A DNA stretch of 64,000 bases from Bdellovibrionales bacterium (GTDB lineage Bacteria; Bdellovibrionota; Bdellovibrionia; Bdellovibrionales; UBA1609), in assembly GCA_965199825.1 (NCBI GenBank), contig OZ241329.1, forward strand, positions 1,696,001 to 1,760,000, given 5' to 3'. How positions within the stretch are numbered: the stretch's first letter is position 1; each line of letters opens with the position of its first letter. Made by a program: the position numbers and the translations under genes. The notes under the pieces were generated by a model that was not told the origin of the DNA, ran no database searches, and saw only the letters and a program-made list of their open reading frames with translations. Shown piece by piece: positions 38,185-50,213 of this stretch.

Positions 38185-39351
38185 ATGAGGGACTATCTTT
38201 TTACCAGTGAATCCGTATCAGAGGGTCATCCCGATAAAATGGCCGATCAAATTAGTGATGCGGTCTTAGATGCAATGCTCAAACAAGATTCAAAAAGTCG
38301 TGTGGCTTGCGAAACGATGCTTGCGACAGGTCTTGTGTTGATCTCGGGCGAAGTCACAACCGATGCCTATGTCGAAATTCCCCAAGTTGTTAAAACGGTA
38401 GTTAAAGATATTGGATATAGTTCTGGCGAAATGGGTTTTGATTATAATTCCTGCGCCATTTTGGTTTCGCTCAATCGACAAAGTCCTGATATTGCACAAG
38501 GTGTTGATCGCGCTTCGGATGATGACGATCAAGGTGCTGGTGATCAAGGCATGATGTTTGGTTATGCCTGCAACGAAACCGCCGAAATGATGCCCTTATC
38601 TATCAGCCTGTCACATAAACTTGTTAAAGAGCTCAGTCGCTTGCGCAAAGCGGGTGCTGCTCGATTTTTACGGCCCGATAGCAAAAGCCAAGTCACAATA
38701 GAATATCGAGATGGCAAACCCTCACGTGTTGACGCGATTGTATTATCGACTCAACATTCTCCTGATGTCGAACAACATGAAATTTTGGATTTTATTCGCA
38801 GTGAGCTGATCACTCGCGTGGTGCCTGAAAATATGATGGATAAAAACACAAAAATTTTCGTCAATCCCACGGGACGTTTCGTGGTGGGTGGCCCCCAAGG
38901 CGATTGCGGCTTAACCGGGCGAAAAATTATTGTGGATACCTACGGCGGGCATGGCGCTCATGGGGGCGGAGCTTTTTCGGGTAAGGATCCCTCAAAAGTG
39001 GATCGCTCAGCTGCTTATGCATCAAGACACATTGCCAAAAATATTGTGGCCGCTGGTCTTGCCGAAAAGTGCTTGGTTCAAGTGGCCTATGCAATTGGTG
39101 TAGCAGAACCAGTCAGTATCATGGTCAACGATTACGGCACGAGCAAGGTCGGCTCCGAAGCGCTCACGAAAGCGGTAAAAGAAATTTGGAACTTAAGACC
39201 CTCTCGCATTATTAAACAATTTGATCTCTTAAAACCTCGTTACAGAATGACTGCCACATATGGCCATTTTGGTCGCGAAGAAGCCGAATTCACTTGGGAG
39301 CGCACGGATAAAATCCAGGCTCTCAAGGATGTGGTAAAGTCATTAAGCTGA
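38185..39351 (+). CDS. metK: S-adenosylmethionine synthetase
   Basis: [58 protein letters not shown]. Confidence 0.98.
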   Translation: MRDYLFTSESVSEGHPDKMADQISDAVLDAMLKQDSKSRVACETMLATGLVLISGEVTTDAYVEIPQVVKTVVKDIGYSSGEMGFDYNSCAILVSLNRQSPDIAQGVDRASDDDDQGAGDQGMMFGYACNETAEMMPLSISLSHKLVKELSRLRKAGAARFLRPDSKSQVTIEYRDGKPSRVDAIVLSTQHSPDVEQHEILDFIRSELITRVVPENMMDKNTKIFVNPTGRFVVGGPQGDCGLTGRKIIVDTYGGHGAHGGGAFSGKDPSKVDRSAAYASRHIAKNIVAAGLAEKCLVQVAYAIGVAEPVSIMVNDYGTSKVGSEALTKAVKEIWNLRPSRIIKQFDLLKPRYRMTATYGHFGREEAEFTWERTDKIQALKDVVKSLS

Positions 39352-41150
39352 TGGTTCCAGAGCGTATACGTAACTTTTCAATTATTGCACATATCGATCA
39401 CGGCAAGAGCACTCTTGCCGATTGTCTTTTGCGCGCCACCAAAACTTTGAGTGATCGAGAAATGAAAGCCCAATTCCTCGACAATATGGATTTAGAACGC
39501 GAGCGCGGAATCACTATCAAAGCCCAAACGGTAAGGCTCAACTACATCGCCCAAGATGGACTCGAGTATCAGCTCAACCTGATCGATACGCCGGGGCACG
39601 TGGATTTTTCTTATGAAGTGTCTCGTAGCCTTGCTGCTTGCGAAGGTGCGGTCTTAGTAGTGGACGCCTCTCAGGGAGTCGAAGCCCAAACATTAGCAAA
39701 CGTTTATCTCGCCCTAAATCACAATCTCGAAATTATTCCGGTATTAAATAAAATAGATTTACCAGCCGCCGATCCCGAAGGTGTAAAAAAACAAATCGAA
39801 GACGCCATCGGGCTTGATGCCTCGGATGCTATTTTAGCCAGCGCAAAAGAAATGAAAGGGATTACCGAAATTTTAGAGGCTGTGGTTAAAAAAGTTCCGC
39901 ACCCTACAAACAATTCGGCAAAACCTTTAAGAGCGCTGATCTTTGATAGTTGGTTTGATCCCTATCAAGGGGTGGTTGTTCTTTGCCGCGTGATCGATGG
40001 CCGGGTCGAAAAAGGCGACAAAATTAAATTTTTCCAAACCGACAAAGACTACGAAGTTCTTAAACTGGGTGTGTTTAGTCCTTTTGCAACCCATCTTCAA
40101 TCTTTGGAAGTTGGCGAGGTGGGTTTTATCATCTGCGGGATGAAAGACATCCGCGATGTCAAAGTGGGCGATACGGTCACACTCGCAAAAGGGGGCGGAC
40201 TCGAAGCCCTCCCTGGCTTTCAACCAATGAAGCCAATGGTTTTTTCTGGTGTGTTTCCGGTGGACGCGGGTGAGTTTGAAGATCTTAAAGAATCGCTCGA
40301 AAAATTGGTGCTCAATGATTCAAGCCTCTCCTATGAGCCCGAAAAATCGGCAGCTCTTGGATTTGGTTTTCGCTGTGGCTACTTAGGCTTACTTCATATG
40401 GAAATTGTCCAAGAAAGATTAGAGCGAGAATTCAATCTCAATCTGATCACAACAGCTCCCACCGTGGTTTATCATGTGACAACCACCGATGGAAAAATGA
40501 TGGAGCTCGAAAATCCGGCAGATCTTCCTGAGCTCACCGAAATCGATCATATTGATGAACCTTATGTGAAACTTTCTCTCCACACGCCGTCCGAATATAT
40601 CGGTGCGATATTAAAGTTGTGTGAAGACAAACGTGGCACCCAAATCAAAATGGAATATATTTCGGAAAACAAAGTGATCATCGAATATAAATTGCCACTG
40701 AATGAGATGGTGATCGATTTTTATGACAAGCTTAAGAGTGTTTCTAAAGGGTATGCGAGTATGGAATATGAACTCGCAAATTGGGAAACCTCCGATTTGG
40801 TCAAACTCGATATTCTGATTAACGCTGAACCGGTGGATGCCCTTTCGATTATTGTTCATCGATCAAAAGCTTTGTCGCGTGGGCGCGCCCTCACCGAAAA
40901 ACTAAAAGAGTTAATCCATCGCCAACAATTTCAAATCGCCATTCAAGCGGCGATTGGAGTTAAGGTGATTGCGCGTGAAACTCTTGGAGCCCTTCGTAAA
41001 GATGTGACCGCAAAATGTTACGGCGGCGATATCAGTCGAAAACGTAAACTTCTCGAAAAACAAAAAGAAGGCAAAAAACGAATGAAGTCGGTGGGCAATG
41101 TCGAAGTGCCACAAGAGGCCTTCCTTGCCATCTTAAAAGTTGAGGAGTGA
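39351..41150 (+). CDS. lepA: Translation elongation factor 4
   Basis: [46 protein letters not shown]. Confidence 0.98.
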   Translation: MVPERIRNFSIIAHIDHGKSTLADCLLRATKTLSDREMKAQFLDNMDLERERGITIKAQTVRLNYIAQDGLEYQLNLIDTPGHVDFSYEVSRSLAACEGAVLVVDASQGVEAQTLANVYLALNHNLEIIPVLNKIDLPAADPEGVKKQIEDAIGLDASDAILASAKEMKGITEILEAVVKKVPHPTNNSAKPLRALIFDSWFDPYQGVVVLCRVIDGRVEKGDKIKFFQTDKDYEVLKLGVFSPFATHLQSLEVGEVGFIICGMKDIRDVKVGDTVTLAKGGGLEALPGFQPMKPMVFSGVFPVDAGEFEDLKESLEKLVLNDSSLSYEPEKSAALGFGFRCGYLGLLHMEIVQERLEREFNLNLITTAPTVVYHVTTTDGKMMELENPADLPELTEIDHIDEPYVKLSLHTPSEYIGAILKLCEDKRGTQIKMEYISENKVIIEYKLPLNEMVIDFYDKLKSVSKGYASMEYELANWETSDLVKLDILINAEPVDALSIIVHRSKALSRGRALTEKLKELIHRQQFQIAIQAAIGVKVIARETLGALRKDVTAKCYGGDISRKRKLLEKQKEGKKRMKSVGNVEVPQEAFLAILKVEE

Positions 41151-41906
41151 GTGTTTCTCAAACGAAAATTTTGGGTTGAGGGCACAGGTTCTTTTTTGCT
41201 GGCAGTTCTGTTGGCACTCACAGTTCGTTGGGCTTTTCTTGAGGCCTACGCAATCCCAAGCGCAAGCATGCTTCCGACTTTGCTCATCAATGATCATATC
41301 TTTATAAATAAAATTTTATTTGGTTTGCGTGTCCCGATGACTGAGCAATGGCTGATTCATTTTTCGGGACCCAAGCGCGGTGATGTTGTTGTGTTCCGTT
41401 ATCCCAAAGACAAATCGCAATATTACATCAAACGCATTATTGGATTGCCGGGCGATCGAGTATTTTTCGAAAATGGCAATCTCTACGTCAATGAGCATGT
41501 GGTCGAACGAAAAAAGCCCGAGGAGCTCAAACAAGATTTCTTATGGGTTCGCGATCAAGATTTTCAAGGCGAAGAATCTTCGGGCGGTAAAGAAAATTAC
41601 ACTCATTGGGAAGAATCCTTAGACGACACCGAATACAGCGTTCTTTTAAGAAAAGAACAGCCCCTCCATGTAAGCTACGGTCCATTCACAGTGCCTCAAG
41701 ATCATTTTTTTGTGATGGGTGATAATCGAAATAATTCGCAAGATTCAAGAGAATGGAGCGAACAAAAAAGGTTTGTCCCCAGAGATTATTTAGTGGGACG
41801 AGCGATGTTTGTCTGGTTGTCTTGTGAAAAAACCTTCGCCTCTGTTCCATTTTTATGCCATCCCTTAACAGTGCGTTGGAATAGATTTTTCCATACCGTC
41901 CGTTGA
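41151..41906 (+). CDS. lepB: Signal peptidase I (copy 1)
   Basis: IPSASMLPTL (Ser), YIKRIIGLPGD (Lys), MGDNRNNSQDSR. Confidence 0.95.
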   Translation: MFLKRKFWVEGTGSFLLAVLLALTVRWAFLEAYAIPSASMLPTLLINDHIFINKILFGLRVPMTEQWLIHFSGPKRGDVVVFRYPKDKSQYYIKRIIGLPGDRVFFENGNLYVNEHVVERKKPEELKQDFLWVRDQDFQGEESSGGKENYTHWEESLDDTEYSVLLRKEQPLHVSYGPFTVPQDHFFVMGDNRNNSQDSREWSEQKRFVPRDYLVGRAMFVWLSCEKTFASVPFLCHPLTVRWNRFFHTVR

Positions 41907-41922
41907 TGAAAGGAAATTCATT

Positions 41923-42657
41923 TTGAATAAGCAGGGAACATTTCTCCAGAGCGTGATCTCTTTTGTCACAGCGGTTTTGATTATTCTTTCGATTCGCTGG
42001 TTGTTATTTGAACCCTTCGTGATTCCTTCAGGAAGCATGATTCCTTCTCTTCTTGTGCACGATCATATTTTGGTCGTAAAGGCCGCCTACGGAGTGCGAC
42101 TTCCATTTACCCAAAAATATTTGATTGAATACAATCAACCTTCACGCGGTGATGTGGTTGTTTTTCGCTCGGTTGAAAATCCTGACATGATTATGATTAA
42201 ACGCGTCGTGGGACTTCCAGGCGATATGATTGAAGTCAGCGAAGAGGGTTACCTTTCAATCAATCACGAAAAAGTTCAAATCGAGCCGCTCCCTCATCCC
42301 GAAACAGATCAGGGTCCGTTTTACTCGGTCAATCCGGTGGATCTGCAAAAATCCTACAGCGAGATCACTATGTTTCGTCAGCATCTGGGGCTTCATGACC
42401 ACCGCGCCATGCTGTTTAAGCAAGACTACCGTTTAGGTACAGGTGAATTTCAGGTTCCAATCGATCATTATTTTATGATGGGGGATAACCGCGACAATTC
42501 ACGCGACTCGCGCTGGTGGGGTCCATTACCCAAAAATCAAATCTTGGGTAAAGCTTTGTTTGTCTGGCTCAGTTGTGAAGAGACACTTCCGTTTATCAAC
42601 TTCATTTGCAATCCGCTCGAACTGAGATGGAAAAGGTTTGGCCACATTATCGAGTAA
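41923..42657 (+). CDS. lepB: Signal peptidase I (copy 2)
   Basis: IPSGSMIPSL, MIKRVVGLPGD, MGDNRDNSRDSR; TTG start after AAGGA. Confidence 0.95.
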   Translation: MNKQGTFLQSVISFVTAVLIILSIRWLLFEPFVIPSGSMIPSLLVHDHILVVKAAYGVRLPFTQKYLIEYNQPSRGDVVVFRSVENPDMIMIKRVVGLPGDMIEVSEEGYLSINHEKVQIEPLPHPETDQGPFYSVNPVDLQKSYSEITMFRQHLGLHDHRAMLFKQDYRLGTGEFQVPIDHYFMMGDNRDNSRDSRWWGPLPKNQILGKALFVWLSCEETLPFINFICNPLELRWKRFGHIIE

Positions 42658-42687
42658 TTGACTTAAAAAAATCGGCAAGGCTATATT
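42658..42687 (+). promoter_or_regulatory. Putative sigma70 promoter of pyrB-carA-orf-carB (probably leaderless)
   Basis: TTGACT-N18-TATATT, 8 nt before ATG 42696. Confidence 0.55.
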
Positions 42688-42695
42688 CTGAGCCG

Positions 42696-43646
42696 ATGTC
42701 ATTGATCGGTCGTTCATTTTTAAGTACCGAAAACTTGTCGCTTGAAGATACCGAATCTCTTTTCTCTACAGCTAAAATATTTAAAACCGAATTCAATCAA
42801 AAGCAGCGCATCGATCATCTCATCAAAGATCAGCACCAGAGATGTTTGGCTCTTGCTTTTTTTGAACCCAGCACCAGAACTCGATTGAGTTTTCAGATGG
42901 CGGCTTTTCGACTTGGATTTCAGGTGGCAAGTCTCGACAGTGTAGCGGTCTCAAGTGTGAGTAAGGGTGAGACTTTAAGTGACACATTAAAAGTTTTAGC
43001 CGCGATGAAGCCCGATGCCTTAGTTGTTCGTTATGGTGAAAATTCAGATCTCGAAGAATGTATCAACGAAATGCAAATCCCTGTCATCAATGCCGGGAGC
43101 GGTCTTCACGAGCATCCCACTCAAGCTGTACTTGATGCATTCACCATTCTCGAAAATCGGGGAAAAATTAAAGGCGAAAAAGTTTTAATCATTGGTGATG
43201 TGTTGCACTCTCGTGTGGCGAATTCAGCTTTACTTCTTTTGACAAAACTTGGTGCCGAGGTTGCGTTTTGTGCGCCCGAAGAATTTATTCCTCAAAGTCA
43301 AAACTGGAAGGCAGCCAAAAAATTCAACTCCCTTTCTGAAGGTGTTCAATGGGCGTCGGTCTGTATGTGTTTGCGCATCCAAAAAGAGCGTCACACTTTG
43401 CGCCACGACATCGGTCGCACAATGGCAGAATATCGTGAGCAATTTCGGTTCGGCAGCGCTCAACTCAAAATCTTTTTGAGCGATGGCATTTTGCTTCATC
43501 CTGGTCCGGTCATTCGCGGTATTGAAATGTCGACCAAGGCCCTTGAAGATCCTCGGAGTAAAGTGCTTGATCAGGTGACCAATGGCGTATTTGTTCGCGC
43601 CGCAATTTTGGCAAAAATATTTGGTTTAGAGGTAAAACAAAAGTGA
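42696..43646 (+). CDS. pyrB: Aspartate carbamoyltransferase catalytic subunit
   Basis: FFEPSTRTRLSF, SKGETL, HEHPTQ, GDVLHSRVA, LRIQKER, HPGP, QVTNG. Confidence 0.96.
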   Translation: MSLIGRSFLSTENLSLEDTESLFSTAKIFKTEFNQKQRIDHLIKDQHQRCLALAFFEPSTRTRLSFQMAAFRLGFQVASLDSVAVSSVSKGETLSDTLKVLAAMKPDALVVRYGENSDLEECINEMQIPVINAGSGLHEHPTQAVLDAFTILENRGKIKGEKVLIIGDVLHSRVANSALLLLTKLGAEVAFCAPEEFIPQSQNWKAAKKFNSLSEGVQWASVCMCLRIQKERHTLRHDIGRTMAEYREQFRFGSAQLKIFLSDGILLHPGPVIRGIEMSTKALEDPRSKVLDQVTNGVFVRAAILAKIFGLEVKQK

Positions 43647-44713
43647 GCACTTCAGGCTTTTTGGTGCTGGAGACCGGGAATGTGTTCTCTGGTCTTTGGC
43701 ATGGAGGCGAAGATCGGTGTGGCGAAGTTGTATTCACCACGAGTCATTCTGGCTACGAAGAGACGGCCACCGACCCTTCTTATTATATGCAAATCTTAGT
43801 TTGCTCAGCTCCTCAACAAGGCAACTACGGCATCAATTCTGAGTTTTGGGAAAGTCGTCAGTTGTGGATTCAAGGATTTGTGTGTTTAGAACTTCAAGAT
43901 TCAGCGCGCGACCAAAGTTGGAAAAATCTTTTAGCAAAAAATAAAATTCCGATGGTGTCAGAAATCGACACCAGAAAATTGATTTTAAAACTTCGCGAGA
44001 GCGGGACTTGTCTTGGCGCATTGGTGCAAGCAAGCGATGAAACCGAAGCCAAAACAAAATTCGAAAAGCTAAAAAAAGAGTTTTTAAAAATAGACAAAGA
44101 TTGGGTGCATGCGGTTTCAACCCAACAACCCGACGAGATCAAAGGCGAAAACTCTCAAGGACCACGGATTGCAATTTGTGATTACGGGGTGAAATCAAAC
44201 AGCCTTCGTGAACTCAAAAAACGGAGCAGTGCTCTAAAAGTATTTCCCTCACGCACTGTCGCCAAGGACATTTTGGATTGGAAACCTGATGGCATATTTT
44301 TATCCAATGGGCCTGGCGATCCGATGGACGTCCAAGTGGCGGTTCAAACCGTCAAAGATTTAATTAATAAAAAAATGATATTTGGAATTTGCATGGGTCA
44401 TCAAATATTAGCTCTGGCTTTGGGAGCTCAAACCTACAAACTCAAATTTGGTCATCGCGGTGTAAACCATCCGGTGCAAGACAATCTATTAAACAAAGTT
44501 TATATTACAAGCCAAAATCATGGTTATGCGGTCAAATCCGAAACCATCCCAGCATCGGTTCAAGTTTCACATATGAACTTAAATGATCAGACCATCTCGG
44601 GAATCTTTTCGCCTGACAAAAAAGCGCTCAGTGTTCAGTTTCATCCTGAGAGTCATCCCGGCCCCCATGATGCTACAGAAATTTTTGATTTTTTCGTGAA
44701 GGGACTTTCATGA
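43643..44713 (+). CDS. carA: Carbamoyl-phosphate synthase small subunit
   Basis: GEVVFTT, TDPSY, LSNGPGDP, GICMGHQ, FGHRG.NHPV, SQNHGYAV, QFHPE. Confidence 0.97.
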   Translation: MSTSGFLVLETGNVFSGLWHGGEDRCGEVVFTTSHSGYEETATDPSYYMQILVCSAPQQGNYGINSEFWESRQLWIQGFVCLELQDSARDQSWKNLLAKNKIPMVSEIDTRKLILKLRESGTCLGALVQASDETEAKTKFEKLKKEFLKIDKDWVHAVSTQQPDEIKGENSQGPRIAICDYGVKSNSLRELKKRSSALKVFPSRTVAKDILDWKPDGIFLSNGPGDPMDVQVAVQTVKDLINKKMIFGICMGHQILALALGAQTYKLKFGHRGVNHPVQDNLLNKVYITSQNHGYAVKSETIPASVQVSHMNLNDQTISGIFSPDKKALSVQFHPESHPGPHDATEIFDFFVKGLS

Positions 44714-45366
44714 CAACCGAAGATATGTTTGATCGATTTATGCAGCATTTCACCTCAAAGGTTTTTATGCCCGAGGTTGAGGCCGCAAAACGCGAATTTT
44801 TTGAGCGAGCTGGTATTTTTGACGAATACTCTGCAGATTTTGAAATGAAGATGTCGCAGTTTATGGATTGGTATTTGTTTTCGAGGCGCCTCTTAAAGCA
44901 GGGTGTGGCCCCCATTGATCTTGCATTAGATAACCAAGAATTTTCGATTAGCGAAGATGAGCTCAAATATTTTGTGCGTCTTCGAAATCATCGCCATTCG
45001 TTATTTCAATATATCAAATTAAAGGGCAACGATGTGTATGTGCGGGATCTCTTTAGCAACGAAAAATTTGTGATCAAAGGATCCCCTGTCACAATCGGAT
45101 TTAGTCCCGAAGAATATTTCGAGGCCCGCCTAATCCCTGCAGATGACACTTACAGTTTTGGAAAATCTTTTGTGATCCATCCTGCTAGTGTAAAAGAATT
45201 TATCGAGCAAGAAGTTGCAAAGGTTTCTGAAGTTCCACTGGCTGAACAAAAAGCGGCACAAGATGATTTGATCGTTCGACTTTTTAAGATGCGCTACAAG
45301 CGCGAACAATATCGCCATGTGGACATTCATGACATCTACTCCAACGAGCCGCGGTTGAGATTATAA
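44710..45366 (+). CDS. Hypothetical protein embedded between carA and carB
   Basis: 218-aa ORF with an ATGA overlap with carA and 1 nt before carB. FMDWYLF, HSLFQY, VRDLF and ARLIP suggest a helical plus OB-like fold (inference). Confidence 0.8.
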   Translation: MTTEDMFDRFMQHFTSKVFMPEVEAAKREFFERAGIFDEYSADFEMKMSQFMDWYLFSRRLLKQGVAPIDLALDNQEFSISEDELKYFVRLRNHRHSLFQYIKLKGNDVYVRDLFSNEKFVIKGSPVTIGFSPEEYFEARLIPADDTYSFGKSFVIHPASVKEFIEQEVAKVSEVPLAEQKAAQDDLIVRLFKMRYKREQYRHVDIHDIYSNEPRLRL

Positions 45367-45367
45367 A

Positions 45368-48300
45368 TTGGCAAAACGACAAGACCTAAAAAAAGTTGTG
45401 ATCTTTGGCAGTGGCCCCATCGTGATTGGCCAAGCCTGCGAGTTTGATTATTCGGGAACTCAAGCGTGCAAAGCCTTGATGAAAGAAGGACTCGAAGTTA
45501 TTCTGATCAATTCGAATCCTGCAACCATCATGACCGACCCTGAGCTTGCCACCCGAGTTTATATTGAGCCCTTAAAGGCCGCGTTTGTTGAACGCATTTT
45601 AGAAATTGAAAAACCAGATGCAATTATTCCCACCTTGGGCGGGCAAACCGCGCTTAATTTAGCGCTCGAACTTTACGACTCAAAAGTTTTAGAACGATTA
45701 AATATTGAAATGCTCGGAGCAAAACCAAAAACAATCCGAGCCGCAGAAGATCGCGAAGAATTCGGCAAGATTCTTGATTCGCTTGGTGCCAAAGCTCCAA
45801 AAAGCAGAATGGTAAGGAATTTTGAGCAGGGACTCAAAGTCGCCGATGAGCTTGGATTTCCATTGATCCTTCGCCCTAACTTTACCCTTGGTGGTGGGGG
45901 TGGTGGCATTGCCTATTCGCTCGAGGAGTATCAACAAAAAATCTTAAGTGCCCTTCATGAAAGTCCCACTAGCGAGGTTTTGGTCGAAGAAAGTATTTTG
46001 GGTTGGAAAGAATTTGAACTCGAAGTGATGCGCGACACCAAGGGCACGTTCGTTGTGGTCTGCTCAATCGAAAATTTTGACCCTTGTGGTGTTCACACCG
46101 GCGATAGCGTGACAGTCGCTCCACAACAAACTTTGACCGATGATGAATATCAAGCCATGCGCGATGAAGCCCAAAAAATTGTTGAGGCAGTGGGCATTGA
46201 GACCGGCGGGGCAAACATTCAATTTGCGGTGCATCCGACAACCAAAGAGCGTGTCGTTATTGAAATGAATCCAAGGGTCTCAAGATCCTCAGCACTTGCG
46301 AGTAAGGCCACAGGGTTTCCGATTGCCAAAATTGCCGCATTGCTAGCGATTGGCTATGAGCTTAAAGAATTGCCAAATGATATTACAAAAAAAACTCCGT
46401 CATGCTACGAGCCCGCGCTCGATTATATCGTTACAAAAATCCCACGATTCGCTTTCGAAAAATTTGCGGGCGAAAAAGACAGCCTCACCACTCAGATGAA
46501 AAGTGTAGGGGAGGCCATGGGCCTTGGCCGCACTTTTAAAGAATCTTTGCAAAAAGCGGTTTTATCTTTAGAGGGTGATCCTTGCGGATTTCCGATATTG
46601 AATTTTTCGGTTGAAGAGTTGGGCTATCCTTCAAGTCAAAGACTCAACCAAATTTATCAGGCTTTTCGTGATGGATTATCACTCGACCGTATTCATCAGC
46701 TCACCCAAGTGACACCTTGGTTTTTGGAGCGGATCGAAGAGTTGGTGCAGCTCGAAAAACAAATTTCGTCTCAGCCCCTGACAAAAGAATTTCTGCTCAA
46801 ACTCAAACGCAATGGCTTTTCTGATGCAGCGATTGCACGCCAAAACAAAACTTCGGCGCAAGAGGTTCGATCGTTGCGAGCCAAATTAGAGATTCATCCA
46901 GGCTATCTCCAAGTGGATTCCTGTGCGGGCGAATTTCAATCCGAAACTCCTTATTTTTATTCAACCTATTGGAGCGATATGCGCCCCAAGGCTTCACAAA
47001 ATAAAATGGTAGCTATTTTGGGAAGCGGCCCCAATCGAATCGGTCAGGGAATTGAATTTGATTATTCCTGTGTGCGGGGTGTTTGGCAGTTTCAAAAATT
47101 AGGTTTTAAAGTGGCGATGATCAATTCGAATCCTGAGACTGTTTCAACCGATTACGACACTTCAGATCAACTTTTTTTTGAACCGTTGACCGAAGAGCAT
47201 GTCCTCGAAGTTTTAGATCTGATCAAACCCCAAGGCTTCATTGGCCAATTGGGCGGGCAAACTCCCATACAAATTTCTCCTCGTTTGGTCAAAGCGGGAC
47301 ATCATCTTTTGGGATCGTCACTCGAAGCGGTGGATCTTGCCGAAGATCGAGGTCGGTTTGCCGAGGTCTGTCGCGAATTGGATTTATTTATTCCGGCATC
47401 TGGAATGGCCACCTCGATTGAAGATGCAAAAAAAATCGCAACAAATATTGGATTTCCGCTGATGTGTCGACCAAACTATGTGCTCGGTGGGCGGCGCATG
47501 GAAATTATAGAAAATGATAGCGAGCTCGCTAGTTATTTTGATCGTCATCGCGGATTTGTTTCGGCCCAAAACCCTTGCTTGATGGATCAATTTTTAGATC
47601 GCGCCTTAGAGGTCGATGTGGATCTGATTCGGGGCAAAGACTGGATGGTGGTCGGAGGAATTATCGAGCACATCGAGGCTGCAGGAGTGCACAGCGGGGA
47701 TTCAATGGGAGTGGTTCCTCCCCAGAGATTAAAAGATGAAACCTGCACACGGATTGAGGAACTCGCAAAAAAACTTGCCGAGCGTCTAAATATAATTGGT
47801 TTTCTTAATCTTCAGCTCGCAGTTAAAGAAGATAAAATATTTGTGATCGAAGCCAACCCACGAAGCTCGCGCAGTGTGCCCTTTATAGCTAAGGCCACTG
47901 GAGTTCCACTCGTTGATCTTGGTGTGATGGCCATTGCCGGATTAGACTCAAACCAAGTCAATCCGAGCAAATATCGTTGGCGCGATTCAAAAGAAATTTG
48001 TGTCAAAGGGGTGGTGTTTCCATTCAAGAAATTTTCGGGCAGTGATTCGATTCTTGGCCCAGAGATGAAGAGTACGGGTGAAAGTATGGGTCGTGATCTC
48101 GATTATTCAGAAGCACTGCTCAAGGCCCTGATCTCGAGTCACGTCGCACTTCCACCGAGCGGCGAAGTGTTCTTATCTCTAAGGGAAAAAGACAAGATCG
48201 AACTCTTACCCACCATCCATGAGCTTTTGAATTTGGGTTACACATTGTCTGCGACCTCGGGCACCGCAAAATTTTTAGGCGAAAATAATATTCGGTGCTT

Positions 48301-48550
48301 TACAGTCAAAAAAGTTCACGAAGGAAGACCTAATTGTGTGGACCGCATTCGTTCAGGCGAAGTCGCCTTTGTGATCAACACCACAAGCGGGCGCACGTCG
48401 ATTGAAGCAAGTTTTGGTATTCGTCGCAGTTGTGTTGATTACTCACTTCCTTGTCTTACCGAGAGCGATGCTGCAATCGCATTTGTGATCGCATTAAAGC
48501 GCAATCGCCAAAAACGCTTTCAAGTTTCACCGTTGAACATGCCAATCTAA
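45368..48550 (+). CDS. carB: Carbamoyl-phosphate synthase large subunit
   Basis: [60 protein letters not shown] domain. Confidence 0.98.
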   Translation: MAKRQDLKKVVIFGSGPIVIGQACEFDYSGTQACKALMKEGLEVILINSNPATIMTDPELATRVYIEPLKAAFVERILEIEKPDAIIPTLGGQTALNLALELYDSKVLERLNIEMLGAKPKTIRAAEDREEFGKILDSLGAKAPKSRMVRNFEQGLKVADELGFPLILRPNFTLGGGGGGIAYSLEEYQQKILSALHESPTSEVLVEESILGWKEFELEVMRDTKGTFVVVCSIENFDPCGVHTGDSVTVAPQQTLTDDEYQAMRDEAQKIVEAVGIETGGANIQFAVHPTTKERVVIEMNPRVSRSSALASKATGFPIAKIAALLAIGYELKELPNDITKKTPSCYEPALDYIVTKIPRFAFEKFAGEKDSLTTQMKSVGEAMGLGRTFKESLQKAVLSLEGDPCGFPILNFSVEELGYPSSQRLNQIYQAFRDGLSLDRIHQLTQVTPWFLERIEELVQLEKQISSQPLTKEFLLKLKRNGFSDAAIARQNKTSAQEVRSLRAKLEIHPGYLQVDSCAGEFQSETPYFYSTYWSDMRPKASQNKMVAILGSGPNRIGQGIEFDYSCVRGVWQFQKLGFKVAMINSNPETVSTDYDTSDQLFFEPLTEEHVLEVLDLIKPQGFIGQLGGQTPIQISPRLVKAGHHLLGSSLEAVDLAEDRGRFAEVCRELDLFIPASGMATSIEDAKKIATNIGFPLMCRPNYVLGGRRMEIIENDSELASYFDRHRGFVSAQNPCLMDQFLDRALEVDVDLIRGKDWMVVGGIIEHIEAAGVHSGDSMGVVPPQRLKDETCTRIEELAKKLAERLNIIGFLNLQLAVKEDKIFVIEANPRSSRSVPFIAKATGVPLVDLGVMAIAGLDSNQVNPSKYRWRDSKEICVKGVVFPFKKFSGSDSILGPEMKSTGESMGRDLDYSEALLKALISSHVALPPSGEVFLSLREKDKIELLPTIHELLNLGYTLSATSGTAKFLGENNIRCFTVKKVHEGRPNCVDRIRSGEVAFVINTTSGRTSIEASFGIRRSCVDYSLPCLTESDAAIAFVIALKRNRQKRFQVSPLNMPI

Positions 48551-48567
48551 TATGCTGCAATTACCGC

Positions 48568-49449
48568 ATGAGCGTTTTAGCAGTCGAGGGGCTTACCAAA
48601 TCTTATAAAAAAGGATTTATTCCAAAATCCCAACGTGTGCTTGATGGGGTCAGCTTTAAACTTGAACCTGGGGTAATCACCGGATTTCTGGGCGGCAATG
48701 GTGCGGGAAAAACCACCACCATGAAATGCATTCTCGGATTGTCATTTCCAGACAGTGGCGACATTCGATTTTTTAATGGCTTACCACTTTCAAGTGAAGT
48801 CAAATCACGTATCGGATTTTTGCCTGAGCGCCCTTACTTTTATGATTACCTCACAGGCAAAGAATTTTTGCGCTTCTATGGTCAAATTTCAACCAAACTC
48901 AGTCGCAAAGATTTGGATTCAAGAATTTCAATTTTACTAAAACGTGTGGACCTCGAGCACGCCAAAGACAAACGGCTTAAAAATTACTCCAAAGGAATGC
49001 TCCAAAAAATTGGCTTAGCCCAAGCTTTGATTCATAACCCAGAATTGTTGATTCTTGATGAGCCCAAATCAGGGCTTGATCCTGACGGTCGATATTATTT
49101 AAGCGAGCTGATCAAAGAGATTGCCCGGAACGGCACAAGTGTTTTTCTCAGCAGTCATCTCTTGCACGATGCCGAAACTCTTTGCCAAAATCTGGTGATT
49201 TTAAGTGGCGGCAAAGTGGTGTACGAAGGTGCGACAGAAGCACTGATCGACCGCATGGGCAAAACCATGGAGATCACATTTCTTGATGATCAAAAAAAGG
49301 TCTCCCAAAAGATTTCGAATGCAGCAGAACTTCAAACTCGAATCGACTCCTTGCGCGCCCAAAAAAAAGAAATCCTCGAAGTTCGAGTTCATCGCACGAG
49401 TTTAGAAGAAGCATTTATCGAGGTCGCGTTAAGAGGAAAGCCCCTATGA
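48568..49449 (+). CDS. pilH: ABC transporter ATP-binding protein, type IV pilus-associated PilH-like
   Basis: GGNGAGKTT, YSKGMLQ, LDEP. Precedes a permease and pilD, as in Myxococcus pilHID. Start at MSVLAV. Confidence 0.8.
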   Translation: MSVLAVEGLTKSYKKGFIPKSQRVLDGVSFKLEPGVITGFLGGNGAGKTTTMKCILGLSFPDSGDIRFFNGLPLSSEVKSRIGFLPERPYFYDYLTGKEFLRFYGQISTKLSRKDLDSRISILLKRVDLEHAKDKRLKNYSKGMLQKIGLAQALIHNPELLILDEPKSGLDPDGRYYLSELIKEIARNGTSVFLSSHLLHDAETLCQNLVILSGGKVVYEGATEALIDRMGKTMEITFLDDQKKVSQKISNAAELQTRIDSLRAQKKEILEVRVHRTSLEEAFIEVALRGKPL

Positions 49450-50213
49450 GAATCATTTGGATTATCGCGGCCAACACTTACAGAGAAATCATTCGCGATC
49501 GAATTCTTTATGGACTTCTTATTTTTGCTCTTCTGCTGATCGGGATAAGTCTTGCCCTTGGACAGCTCAGTTTTGCTGAACAAGCCCGCATCTCTGCTGA
49601 TTTTGGTCTTACGGCGATCCATATTTCGGCGGTGGTATTTTCGATTTTTATTGGGAGCACACTTGTTTATCGAGAGATCGATAAAAAAACAATTATGACC
49701 TTGCTGGCTCGGCCCATTACCCGACTCCAATTTGTTTTGGGTAAATGTTTGGGACTGATGTTTGTCACCTGCACCTGCGTATGTGGACTTGCTGCTATCC
49801 TTGCACTTGTTTTTACGGGTGTAGGTATGCCGATGACAGAGCTCTTCCCATTTGCTCTTTTGGGCATTCTTCTCGAATCCATTTTACTCTTAGGGGTCAC
49901 TGTCTTCTTTAGTAGCTTTGCAAGCCCCATGATGGTTGTGTCTTTTTCGGCGGCGATTTTTTTGATTGGACATTGGGTGTCGAGTCTTAATTTTTTTGCA
50001 ACCAAATCAAAGTCGGCGGTATTTCAAAGTTTGGCTTCATTTTTGATCACAGTGCTTCCTGATCTTGAAAAGTTCAATTGGCGATCAAACGTGATTTACA
50101 ATGATGCTGTATCGATCAAAGAGATTTCCTTTGCGACTCTCTATTCTGCGGCATGGTTTAGTTGTTTTGTTCTGTGCGCGGTATTTATTTTTAGACGACG
50201 GGATTTTGGGTGA
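49446..50213 (+). CDS. pilI: ABC transporter permease, PilI-like
   Basis: IAANTYREIIRDR, REIDKKTI..LLARPITR, about six TM segments. Confidence 0.8.
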   Translation: MRIIWIIAANTYREIIRDRILYGLLIFALLLIGISLALGQLSFAEQARISADFGLTAIHISAVVFSIFIGSTLVYREIDKKTIMTLLARPITRLQFVLGKCLGLMFVTCTCVCGLAAILALVFTGVGMPMTELFPFALLGILLESILLLGVTVFFSSFASPMMVVSFSAAIFLIGHWVSSLNFFATKSKSAVFQSLASFLITVLPDLEKFNWRSNVIYNDAVSIKEISFATLYSAAWFSCFVLCAVFIFRRRDFG

